From the human T2T-CHM13v2.0 reference genome, Homo sapiens: a stretch of DNA of 64,000 nt. The notes below the pieces were generated by a model that saw only the letters and a list, made by a program, of their open reading frames with translations, was not told where the DNA came from and did not search any database. The DNA lies in NCBI RefSeq assembly GCF_009914755.1, contig NC_060934.1; one strand, written 5' to 3'. Position numbers and translations under genes: made by a program. This document shows positions 1 to 12,049 of the stretch, in pieces. Position 1 is the stretch's first letter. The number at the start of each line of letters is the position of its first letter.

Positions 1-19
1 TTGTAATTTTTAATTTCAG

Positions 20-900
20 AGAAGATATGCAGCTGACGATAAAATTTGAGGGTCATCAGAGTACAAATCCTTCGTAACCATGAGACTAGATTATTTGTAG
101 TTTATGGTAATAATAAAGCCAAAAGTGTGACCTTGGAGGTAAATGGGTAAACTATGGTTGAGAGATAGATTCTTGAAAGATAGAGTGTCAAGGAACTTAG
201 AGATTAAGACATTGAAAGGATCATCGACATGAATATTAAAAACCACCAAAAATGATGGCAATAATAGAATTGGAAAGAGTTCATTGAGCCAGGCTCTAAA
301 AGCTTTAGGCAGTGAGAGAGTAATCTGGGGATCTGAAGAGGAGCACAACTAGAAGGACCAGTCGGTGTTCTAGTTGGATGACCTGTTGTGTAAAGCTCTG
401 TGTGTGTGTAGCAGTAGCAGGAAAGGGGAAGTCAGGAAATGGGAAAGAGAAGTGGTCTGAAGTGGTGATGACAAGGAAGGCATATAACAATCTCCTTCAG
501 AGACCAGCAGCAAGAGGGTTTTAGAGAGAAAATACCCTCCACTTAGGGGTTCTACAAGGAAAGCAGTGAGCTTAGGGTGACCCAGTTTTTAGCAAGATGG
601 CAAAGGAAGCATTCAGAGAATAGTCTGAAGATACGGGAGATTTTGCTCCCGATTGATCTTGAGTCTAAGAATTTACAGTGGAAGGGTTTCAGAGCTTGAA
701 GTAGCATGGGCGATGGATTAGGAGTTATTTGTATGAAGTGACAGGAAGATAAAAATCTGAGGGATAAAGGATGACCTGGGAGTCTGGGCTGCTCTGGTGA
801 TTCGAAGCAGAAATCAATGGCACCATGAGCTGAGCCTTGATGGTGCTGAAGCAGGTGGTAATGATAAGTCTGTGAGTATTCATGAAGGAGAACATGTGGG
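20..900 (-). mobile_element. L2 LINE relic retaining endonuclease-domain and RT-motif remnants
   Basis: Minus-strand peptides KPFHCKFLDSRSIGSKISRIFRLFSE (EN N-terminus), VVFNIHVDDP...GHTFGFII (GDFNIHVD / GHTLDLVI motifs) and LYSDDPQI (YADD) at ~40-66. Confidence 0.75.
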
Positions 901-1000
901 TGTCTGAGTCTCTGCTGGTGTGGAGTCAAAGAAAAGGCCAGGTTTTATCTGCACTGGCCAAGGCTCTGGGGTTTCCTTCTCATTACTGTAGAAGTCACTG

Positions 1001-1075
1001 CATATCCTATTTGTATTTTATCCCCAGTGCCATCCAGTGCACAGAGATGAAGCTCAGTAAATGTTTGTTGACTGA
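1001..1075 (+). mobile_element. L2 3' end fragment
   Basis: tatccccagtgcc...gctcagtaaatgtttgttgactga resembles the L2 terminus. Confidence 0.5.
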
Positions 1076-1985
1076 GAACAGTCCCTGTTTACGATAAACT
1101 AATAATAAACATTTGTTAAATTTGAAGACTGGAAATAATGTACATGAAACAATTGTGAATAACTTGGCATGTCTGTGGAGTTTTTCATACCAGATGCTGT
1201 TAAGCTTCGCATGGCAGAATGATCTGAGAATGAGTCATCACTGACTCATGGATCCAGCTTGTTTCACCTGCAGCGCTCACTTTAAGTCACAATGACCTTT
1301 TCTGACTACTTGTAATGGCAGCACAGTGGGGACTGCAGTTCCTGGAGAGTGCACCATTAATAGAGTAGTTAGCCAGTACTGTTTTGTTGTCCCTCGGAGT
1401 AAAAGGGAAAGTGAAGCAAGAGAACAGAGATTTAATACTACATATTTTTTCACTCAATTGAGAAATACAACTGAAAAAAAATATATATCCTTATAAAACT
1501 TACTGTTTTAAAAGCGCAGTCCTTGCAAGTTGATTTGGGTGTTTTCAGATAGTGAAAAACTTTTAAAAGATATTAAATTATTACTTTTACTTATGAAGAA
1601 TAAAAGGTAACATAGAGACATAGAAATCAAGAAATCCTCGAGTATTTTCTTTAGAAACACCCCGATTAGAGAAGGAGTTTCCGTTTTTAAGAGAAAATTA
1701 AACCAGATGACCTTAAGTCCTTTTTAACACAAGTTTGTATTAATACCAATTAATAAATTAATCAGATTTGAAAGATTTTTGGACAAATGCCTTTATAACG
1801 TTCTTAACTGATATGGACTGAACTGTATGCCCCCCCTTTCCCCCTGGAATTCATATCCTAAAGCTGTAACTCCCAGTGTGACTGTATCTGGAAATAGGGT
1901 CTTTAGAAGGTAATTAAGGTTAAATGAAGTCATAGGGAAGGATCCTAATCCCGTAGGACTGTGGCCTTAAAAGAAGAGAAAGAGA

Positions 1986-2760
1986 TGTATGAGTTCCTTA
2001 TATATTTTGGATATTAAACCTTTATCACATATGTGGTTCGCAAATATTTTCTCTCACTCTGTAGGTTGGCCTTTCATTTTGTTGATTGTTTCCTTTGCTG
2101 TGAAGAAGCATTTTACTTTTATGTAGTCCCGTCTGTTTATTCTTATTTTTTGCTTTTTTGCCTGTGTTTTTGGAGTGATATCCAAAAAATCCTTGCCAAG
2201 GCCAATGTCAAGGGGCATCCCCCTGCCCCATCCTTTTTTTTTTTTTTAGACAGACAGGGTCTTACCCTGTCACCCAGGCTGGAGTTTAGTGGAGCAGTAT
2301 CACAATCATAGCCATGGCATCAGACTCCTGGGCTCAAGCTATCTTCCTGCCTCAGCCTCCCAAGTAGCTGGAACTACAGGCATGAACATATAAACCTCCT
2401 AGGAGTTTTACAGTTTCAGGTCTTACATATTCCGGGCTGTGGGGGAAATGAGGAGATGTTGGTCTGGTTGAAGAGTACAAACTTTCAGTTCTAAGATGAA
2501 TAAGTTCCAATATACAGCATGGTGACTATAGTTAATACTTTATTGTTTATTTGAAATTTGCTAAAAGAGTAGACCTTAAGTGTCCTCACTTCTCTTGGAC
2601 AAACCAAAAGTGCAACTATGTGTGGTAATAGAAGTGTTGATTAATTTGATTGTGGTAATCATTACACAAAAATATACGTATGTCAAATCATAATGTTGTA
2701 TACTTTGAGTATACAAAATTTTTATTTGTCAATTATACTTTAATAAAGCTAGGAGGGAAA
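1986..2760. mobile_element. L1MB-type element with 5' inversion (minus ORF2 piece 1986-2430, plus-strand 3'UTR 2432-2760)
   Basis: tgtatgagttccttatatattttggatatt (antisense ORF2), then sense L1MB 3'UTR ending aataaagctaggagggaaa. Confidence 0.75.
2234..2386 (-). mobile_element. Alu monomer (FRAM/FLAM or AluJ arm) inside the L1MB
   Basis: T-tract then gacagggtctt...cccaggctggag...cctcagcctcccaagtagctgg. Confidence 0.8.
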
Positions 2761-4127
2761 AGAAGATGAAGAAAGAAAGACTTCTCTGTCTTCACCATGT
2801 GAGGACACATCAAAAAGGTGGCCGTCTGCAAGGCCCTCACCAGACACCAACCATGCTGGCACCTTAATCTTGGAATTCCAGTCTCTACAACTGTGAGTCA
2901 TCCAGTTTAGGGCATTTTATTATGGCGGACACCTACCCACCTTTCTAGAAATGATGCTTGTTTGTTTCTGAAGGAATAATAGAATCATAACTTATTATTG
3001 GTTAGGAGCTGAATTCTGAAACATTGTACAACAGTAAAAAATTTGCCATGGAAATATTTAATTATTTTAAGAAATATTAAGAGACATTAAGATCCTCCCT
3101 CAGACTGCTAACGTCTCATTGGTATGGACTGTGCTTACTGGTGCATCACCAGCATACTGAGTGAATGAGCAAAGGCATCCAAAGAATCAGCTGAATGGTA
3201 AGGGATTGTGAAATAAGAAAAATTCTGAATAATATGTTGCCTGAAGAACTCACATGAAATTAAACTTTTAGCTTTCTTCAGCAACCATGTTCATGTTGAG
3301 TGTGGCTCAGGATATCAAAAAATATAAAACTCATTTGTGTTTTTTATTTTTCTGATTTACTACCAAGGAACAATTTTCTAATTTACTACTAAGTCAGTAT
3401 CAAGACTATTTCCCTTGGATCAATAAAGACAATCACATTTTAATGCCATTGTAGATTTAGGTACCTGAGACTTAGTATTACCTGCAAATAGATGTCACCA
3501 CATAAAAAGGTTGATTGCACACAAGCAAATGTAAGTATACTAAACAGCACCAAAACTGATCCCTAGTCATCCCCATGTTACTTTGACATTATTCTTATAA
3601 GTTTATCATCTAAACTTGTAATTTTCCCTTCAGTTAGCGGAGCTTGTAAGAAAAGTCATAAAATGTTATAACTATTATTAAAAATGAAAGGGAAAATTAT
3701 TTTTTAAAAAACTCAGTCTGTTCTCTAGTCAGTTGGTGAGAAATCTGGCCAAAAGGATGCAAAGTCGGGCTTTCTGAAAACAGGAGTTCATCACCTTTCC
3801 AAAAGGCCAGCTGAGGAAATGTGTTTTTTTATCCTCTTCCATAACTCTTGATGGTACATTTTTGCACTGTATTAAGCTAGAAAAGAAGACCTGGACTAAC
3901 TGGATCTCATGAATGTGTGAACTTCGTATTTAAAAAATACTAGCACTGAAAGAATCCATCTTAGTGTCCTGGACCATCCAACTAGAAATAATCTATGACC
4001 CTCGTGTGATGAATTGATAAATGTCTGCCAAGCTTTTTGTTAACTCCTCTTCACTATTCCTTTCTTCTTGAATCTGAAGCTCTTCAATCTACCATTGTCT
4101 TTGTACAATTTCCTCCTTTCTAGGGAA

Positions 4128-4395
4128 GGCAATGTAGAAAGCCAGTAAAGTATTATTTACCAAGCTCTAGAGTCACAACAAGTTTAAGTCCCAGCTCATC
4201 TACTTAAAACATAAATGATCTTGGACAGTTATATTTCCCCTCTCTATGGCTCAGTTTCTTATTTGTAATAGGGAAGCAATCATGGTGCCTAATCAGGTTG
4301 GGTACCAGGTTGCTAGATGGATTAAACACAATAATATAGATAGTTCTCCTTGCCTACAGTAAATGGTCAAAATGTTAGCCACTACCATTTTATTA
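4128..4395 (+). mobile_element. MIR
   Basis: Core cccagctc...gatcttggacagtta...ctcagtttcttatttgtaa. Confidence 0.75.
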
Positions 4396-5059
4396 TTGCA
4401 TTTTAAGATTCTTGTAAACGGGGCCTACTAACCTACTTTTCTCAGTCTTGTAGCTTTTTCCCTCCTATTTCTAAGAATCTTAGGGGAGAAGAATTGGCCT
4501 GCTTCCCCTCTAGAAATTTTTATGTCAGAAAACTATTTCTTTTTACTCCTCAGCTATCTGTGCTTCTCCTCACTTTTTCTTGCAGTATTTCAGTTTTGTC
4601 TTAGTTTTTTCTATAATCTCCTCCCACAAAGCCAAATGGTTTTCATCTCTTTTTTCTAGGAAAAGCTTCAGCTCCCTGTATTCTGTTTCCTTATAATCTG
4701 AGGATCTTCTCTGCACTCATCTGCACAGATGTTCTTTGCATAGATCTTTCTCTCTGTCCCTGTCCCACGTGGCCATGCGTCAGGGCAGACTGGGTTCCCT
4801 TTGTTTTAGTTTAAGGGTCCTGGGAAATTTTCATACCTTAGCCACTTTGCTCCTAAATGTTACAAACAAAATTTATATTTATCTATTGAATTTACAGCAG
4901 CCATTGATAGGTCCTTACCCCTTCACCCTTCCACACATTTTTGCTGCCTGCTTTTTCAGCTTTGTTTGAAATGATTCTCCTGCATGCACATGCTCCTCTG
5001 AATCTACTGTCTGATCAACTTTCAGTTTCCCACAGATACCAGTCTGTCTCTGGGATCAG

Positions 5060-5400
5060 GGTCTTCCCACATGTTCATCTCATTGTCTGGAATTTTCTTT
5101 TCTTTCTTATTCACTTGATCAATTTTTATTCATCTTTTTTATCTCAACTTGGATTTTGGGAAACTTTTTGTAAACTCTCAGGGTTTTGATTTTATGTATT
5201 CCGTGTATAGTGTGCTTCTCAGAGACACATTTATTAAAATTAAATTATATATGCACTTATTTGTCAAATGACTGGCTCCTCTACCCAACTATAGGTTGGA
5301 ATTTTGTTCATTGATATAACTCTAGCACTTAACACAGGTAGTAGATACTCAGTAAATGCTCAATGTATGAATGAATGAATGAGTGAATGGATGAATGAAT
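5060..5400 (+). mobile_element. L2 3' end with (TGAA)n tail
   Basis: ctagcacttaacacagg...ctcagtaaatg...gaatgaatgaatga. Confidence 0.7.
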
Positions 5401-5739
5401 ATGTGATTTGCAGGCCCCTTCCTATTACTTCTCATGGTATGATACATACCTTTCTCTGACTAGTTCCTCTACCAAAGCTAACCATTCTATACTCCTAAAT
5501 GAAATGTGCTAGACAGAGGGTTCATCTTGTCCCCATGCCAGAACTTTATATTTATACTTTTCAGTACAAACTCTTCTTACTTGAACTCTCAGAGATTTGA
5601 AATATCTTTGTAATCAATTCCCAATACAAAGCTATTGATTATTTTATTTTTAGTTTGCTCAGAAGAACCACATAGTCTCTGTCCATTAGGAGCCTCCCCA
5701 GAGATCTCTCTGGCTGAACAGCTGTTCTCAGTGCCTGTG

Positions 5740-5870
5740 AAGTAAGTACCAATTAAGCAGGATGATTGCTTCCCTACTACAAATGGGGAAACTGCGCCAC
5801 AGAGAGGGAAAATAACTTGTACAAGATCATTTATCTATTAAATAGATGAGCTGGGACTTCAACTCATGGC
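5740..5870 (-). mobile_element. MIR
   Basis: acaaatggggaaactg...aataacttgtacaagatca...gagctgggacttcaactc. Confidence 0.75.
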
Positions 5871-6397
5871 CAATCTCCTTTTGACAATGTTCTCTAAATA
5901 GCCTTTTCCTCTCACTGCAACTCCACAATGTTTTTTATTTTCTTTTTTAAAAATACTCTGTTTCTTTATGAATCTTGCTGAAGATGGGAGAGGCATGTAC
6001 AGGTGTCCTTCAAATCTGCTTCTGCTGCCTTTCTCCTGTCCCTCTCTAGTAGGTAGTTTGAGATTTAAGCCCAGAGTGCTTTCATTACCTTCCTGCCTAC
6101 CTGCTCCACTTCCTGGGCAGGTTTCCTGCTTGGCAGCAATTCCTCCAATTGTAGCTCTTCATTCTGTTTTTAAACATTTCTCCATGCAATCTTGATTATT
6201 CTTATGGACTATGGAGGAAACACTTTTGACCCTTATGATAACCTGTGAAGTCAGTAAGCATCAGGATAAAATTGGGACCTCTTAACAGACTCCTGTACTC
6301 CAGCTGAATCTCCGGTTTGGGCTTACAATTTCTTCTCCTAATATGTTGGTGATACATGTTTTGGTAGAGAATATTATTCTCAAAAATTGCTCCATGT

Positions 6398-6751
<354 letters not shown>

Positions 6752-6848
6752 TCAAGGGATTCTGACTATTTACATCCATGGAGAGAGAATACTAGAGGCC
6801 AGTCTTAGTCTGCTCATGCTGCTATAGCAAAATACCTTAGACAGAGCA

Positions 6849-6980
6849 ATTTTTTTTATTTTTTGTAAAGATGGGGGTCTATGTTGCCCATACTGGCCTC
6901 AAACTCCTAGTCTGAAGCACTCCTCCCACCTCAGCCTCCTAAAGTACTGAAATTATAGGCATGAGCCACTGCACCCAGGC
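6849..6980 (-). mobile_element. FLAM_C / Alu left monomer
   Basis: gatgggggtctatgttgccc...ggcatgagccactgcaccc; single arm. Confidence 0.85.
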
Positions 6981-7095
6981 TTGGGTAATCTTTAAAGAAC
7001 AGCAATGTATTTTCTCACAATTCTGGAGGCGGGGAAGTTCATGATCAAGACACTGGCATCTTGGGAGGACCTTCTTGCTGCATCATCACATGTCA

Positions 7096-7519
<424 letters not shown>

Positions 7520-8167
7520 CACTCTTTACTCATGAGGGACAAGTCCTTATGGCCTAGTTACCTCCTCTTAATACCATCACACTGGCCATTATGTTTCAGC
7601 ATCTGAGTTTTGAAGGAAACACATTAAAACCAAACAGAGCCTGACCCCACATATTCCCCCCAAGTCCTGTCTTATTGTAGCCTGGTGTGACCTTTAGTGG
7701 AACCAGAAGTCTTGGTGGTCAGCCACTTGAGCCAGCTAGTGGTGCAGCATTGTGGCCAAAAGAGGGAAGATGGAGAAAAGGTTGAAGAGAAGCTGAGGAA
7801 TGAGGACTAAAGTGAGAATAAAGTAGGGGTATTCAGCAAAAAGGAGTGAAAGCAGCTGTGTAGAGCTGAGGCTTGGAGAGTTGAGAAAAGGAAAAATATT
7901 TCTGTGAATTACAAGTTGCCATTTTGAGATGTTAAACCAATACTGGAATTTCTCTTTAATTATATTTGGTTGTTAGACTGTGTTATTTTAGTGAAATGCT
8001 GTGCATAGGCTGGATCACATTAAGATGCCAGAGGTTTTTGGGTTTTTTTGTGTTTTTTTTTTTTCAGGATTTCTTTTCTTTCCTGTGATTTTGTATTTAG
8101 TTATAATACTCAGTATGCTTCTGAATAACAAATCAACACAGATCTGTGCCAAGGACTTATTTTCACC

Positions 8168-9031
8168 ATGACTGTCTGACTACTGGACACAGGATACAAG
8201 GGAGTAAGGCTAAATTAGATGTGAGTCATAATGGTTCTTGGAATATAAGTACAAAGTCAGTGGGGAGCAAGTTAAGAACTGATGCTGGCACAGCATTATG
8301 CAAAATTGCAGACTTGAAAGGAGGATAGTTTTTAATTTAAACTATATAGATCCTCATTATCCTAAGACTTCAGAGTCCTTTTAAAATGACAAGAGGAAAT
8401 CAATGCCAGACCTCCTTGGAAGGGCTTTAAGTTACTGCTACGCTGTGCCAGTGGAGGCAGGTTCCCCTAAGGACTGGGCTGTTATTGTGGAACTTCAGTG
8501 AAACAGTCATATAATCCATGGGTACAAACTTTCTTCCACCAGAAACTGAGGAAGTTCTTAGGAAGAACTAAGCCAGAGGACAGAGAAAATAACTTTGAGT
8601 CATGGTTCAAACATGCCATTAATAAGGTACTGAGATTTAACTCCTCAGTGGCTGAGAAATGCTTATGCCAAGTGTTCCCAGCCACCTAGTCATGAAGATG
8701 ATCATTGCTGTGGAGAACTGAAGCATTTCTTAGAACAAGGGTGTGGTGGCAGACAGTGCCTCGGACTCACAATACTAACTTATGACCAAGTATCAGTGGA
8801 CAGGGAAGACTTGCTACATCTAAGTTTTCAGAGAGGGAGAACTCCAACAGTGAATTCTCCATCAAGGCTGTAAAGTGATGCTTAGAGTATCAAAGCCAAA
8901 GAAAACAAGCATATAAACCAAAAAAAAAAAAAAAAAAATGCTGGAACAAAATTTTTAATCAATGGTAACCCAAAAAGATCCTGAAATTCTCCCTGCGATT
9001 GAAGTTAATCAGGGCCTGGGATGAAAGAAGG
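8168..9031 (+). pseudogene. Decayed PNMA/MOAP1-like Ty3/Gypsy gag ORF (MamGyp-type internal relic or lost domesticated gene)
   Basis: Colinear blocks MTV*LLDTGYKGVRLN*M*VIMVLGI; KGG*FLI; RLQ..SF*NDKRKSMPDLLGRALS; KLRKFLGRTKPEDRENNFESWFKH...VAEK; SQY*LMTKYQ...VFREGELQQ*ILHQG; RLKLIRAWDE. These follow the order of PNMA-family motifs; multiple stops and frameshifts. Confidence 0.8.
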
Positions 9032-9759
9032 ATTTTATGTCAGTACTTTCAGAATGAGGCAGAATAATGGCATTCTTCTTGGTGATGGCCAAGAAGACCC
9101 AGGCAGCCAGGATGATGCAGGAAGTCAGACCTCTTGAAGTCAGGCTTTCCCTCTCAAGCAAGGTTCAGGAACATTAAGGAAGCTCCCTTATCCCAACAGA
9201 GGGATAGAATCCTGGAAGCTTTTAAAACTGTAATTGAAGACTGAATTCTGGGACTTTCTTCCAATATGGTTGTGTTGCTATAATCATTCCTCTTGTATTT
9301 CATCTCCCATTGCATGATGAAACAAGCTAAATAATCACGTGCATGCTATCTGTAATTTTAGCAGTTGGAGAGAGCTCCGCCTTCAGTGAGAGCTGTGATA
9401 AATCACTGGTAACTTTCTGTTCATGAGAGGTAGGGAAATTATTCTTCGCTTCTCCAGGGTCACAAACCTTTGAGAACAGAAAATTGAAATCTTCAGCCAC
9501 CATTTTTACCTGCAGGAAACTCTCCGTTACCTAAATACACAGATTGTTAAAAAGGGCATGATAAAACATGAGAACTATGCTCTCTTGGGTTTCCATATGC
9601 TTAGCCCTAGGAGGGGCGATGAAGGGTCAGGGAAGAGGGAGTGACTATGACCTCCTGCGATCATCCCAGGATAAACCTCAGCCCTCCAATGGCAGCAGAA
9701 GTAATGAAAGTCTGACAGAGATCAAAAGAGGAAAGGGGAAACTGTTTGTGAGAAGTTGG

Positions 9760-9940
9760 AGTCTCAGGAGAGGCCTGAGCTGTCTTAAAGGATGCATAAG
9801 AGTTGTCAGAAAGAGGATACCGTGGCCAAAAGCATGAAATAAGTAGTTTGAAATTGCTAGAAATTAAAGTGTATACACGGAAATTGCAAGAGATGAATAT
9901 AGCAAGGTAAGCAAGGCCACCATTAGAGAATGTGAGATAT
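9760..9940 (-). mobile_element. L2 fragment
   Basis: gagctgtcttaaaggatg...gccaaaagcatg...aggtaagcaaggcca. Confidence 0.4.
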
Positions 9941-11399
9941 TGACCAAATATATTTGAGGGCTCCTGACCAGTGTATTGGTTAAAACTGTATTACAAGATT
10001 GATGGACACATACAAAGCATAGTGATTTATTTTGTATTGTCAAATGCACCATTCCTAGCTATTTTCATATTTCCTACTGCAATAAAAAGGCATCAGCACT
10101 GTTATAACTACACAATGTCATGGCTTTTCAGAACCTGTTTGTATGAAACACTACAGGCTTTCTTGCCTCTGATGTTCCCTAATGCCACCTATTTAATGCT
10201 GGTTACATCATTAGTCATGATTCTGCATCATTCTCATGCTGCCTGTGGATACTGGCTTCCAATGACTCTTAAAAGCTTTTACTCTGCTTACTTGATGATA
10301 ACTACAAATGTAACTCTTGCAAAAAAATGTGAAAGATAATTTTTTAGCCACAATAGATTTATCATTTAGAACGTTATGGTAGAACAACCCACCTTCCTCC
10401 CATTATTCTCTTGGACTCTTTAGGCCATTACTATGGCATTCCTAGAATGTGACTTGTGTATGCAAATTGCACACCTGTGTCCTGCACACTGCCACAGAAA
10501 GGAAATATAGGAAAGGGGGCAGGCAGGGGAAGAAGAGTAGTCTCATTTGCATAAGTAATCTTTGTCCTTCATCCAGCTCAAGACTGACCTAGGAGAACAC
10601 AATGTCACCACAGGGGTGGAGATAAGAAAGACATGGATCAGCAGGGCCTGTTGATGCTGCCATTTGTAAAAGCCTTCTGATCAGACAAGGGCAGCCACTT
10701 GTAGAGAATGAACTGACATATGCCATGGAGCCTGTGGAGGAGGTGGGATGCCAGCAGTGATAGACACACAGGGAAAAGAATATCCGCCTCCACCCCACCA
10801 CCTTCAGTTGTTATAGACCAGAGGAAGCATCACAGTCAGGACACAGATGGGTGAGAGGCAACATGGGGTTCTACATATATAACTCAAGCATCATCCATGG
10901 ACTGTCAGTAGCCCAGATCCCTGAACTCATCCTGTGTCTAACATGAGGGCAGTAACTCAAAATGAACACATCAGCATCCTTTTTGTGGCTCATTTTCATA
11001 CAATTATGCCAAAGAAGTACCATACTAGTCCTTGAGCTCCTTAGGGTACCTGTTCAACCTCATACGGGTAGTAGAGGGTTGGAGAGCACCTTGAAGAAAA
11101 GAAATATGGACCAGGGCCTACATAGGTCTCAATCTGACCTCAAAGTGCCTCATCCAGATGGTATTTCCATCCCAGTTAGTCTCAAGATTTTCATGAGGAG
11201 AATACAGAAAACTTCAAGGAAGGTGCTCTAAAACATGGTGGACCTCCTGAATCCTAAGCCTAGGTCAGGGCTCTTATTTCACCTGCACGCCACCTCTGAG
11301 ATGGAGCAGCATGGACAGTATTGAAGATAAGCTAGGGACAGCTCATGGAAGACCTTGTAATGCCATGCTCAGGAACTTAAATTCCATCTGCAACTTAGT

Positions 11400-11660
11400 A
11401 ATTCCAACATGCCTTTTCTTTAATGCAATGAATGTTATTAGGAAAAATAAAGACATTCTGGTCAAATATTAATAAGTGGGAAACATGGGACATCTCATAG
11501 CCTTTAATACATTAATCTGAATTTTAAATCTTCTAAAAGTAGATAAACTGTACATATTTGGTATAACTTTGCCTTTAAAAATAACACATGAAATCATTTA
11601 GTTGTTATGAAGTACATTCCTTAATTAGTATTCCACAGAACACACTTTGGAAAAAGCTGC
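11400..11660. mobile_element. hAT-Charlie-type MITE remnant within an L2 fragment
   Basis: Terminal ccacagaacacactttggaaaaagctg typical of MER5/Charlie ends. Confidence 0.4.
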
Positions 11661-11728
11661 AATAGACATGAGAGTCATTGCAAGGGTTTCATGCATAATA
11701 GATTTTCATTTTAGAAAAAAATGGTTTA

Positions 11729-12049
<321 letters not shown>

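Larger units (their letters stand above)
1809..2930 (+). mobile_element. MaLR LTR (MLT1A/B-like), split by an L1MB insertion at 1986-2760
   Basis: Starts tgatatggactgaa; resumes at 2761 with gccgtctgcaag...gctggcaccttaatcttggaattcca. Confidence 0.8.

Noticed and set aside
8168-9031. Intact, functional PNMA gene in this genome
   Set aside because: Stop at codon 4, many further stops, frameshifts and two deletions; no gene symbol can be assigned.
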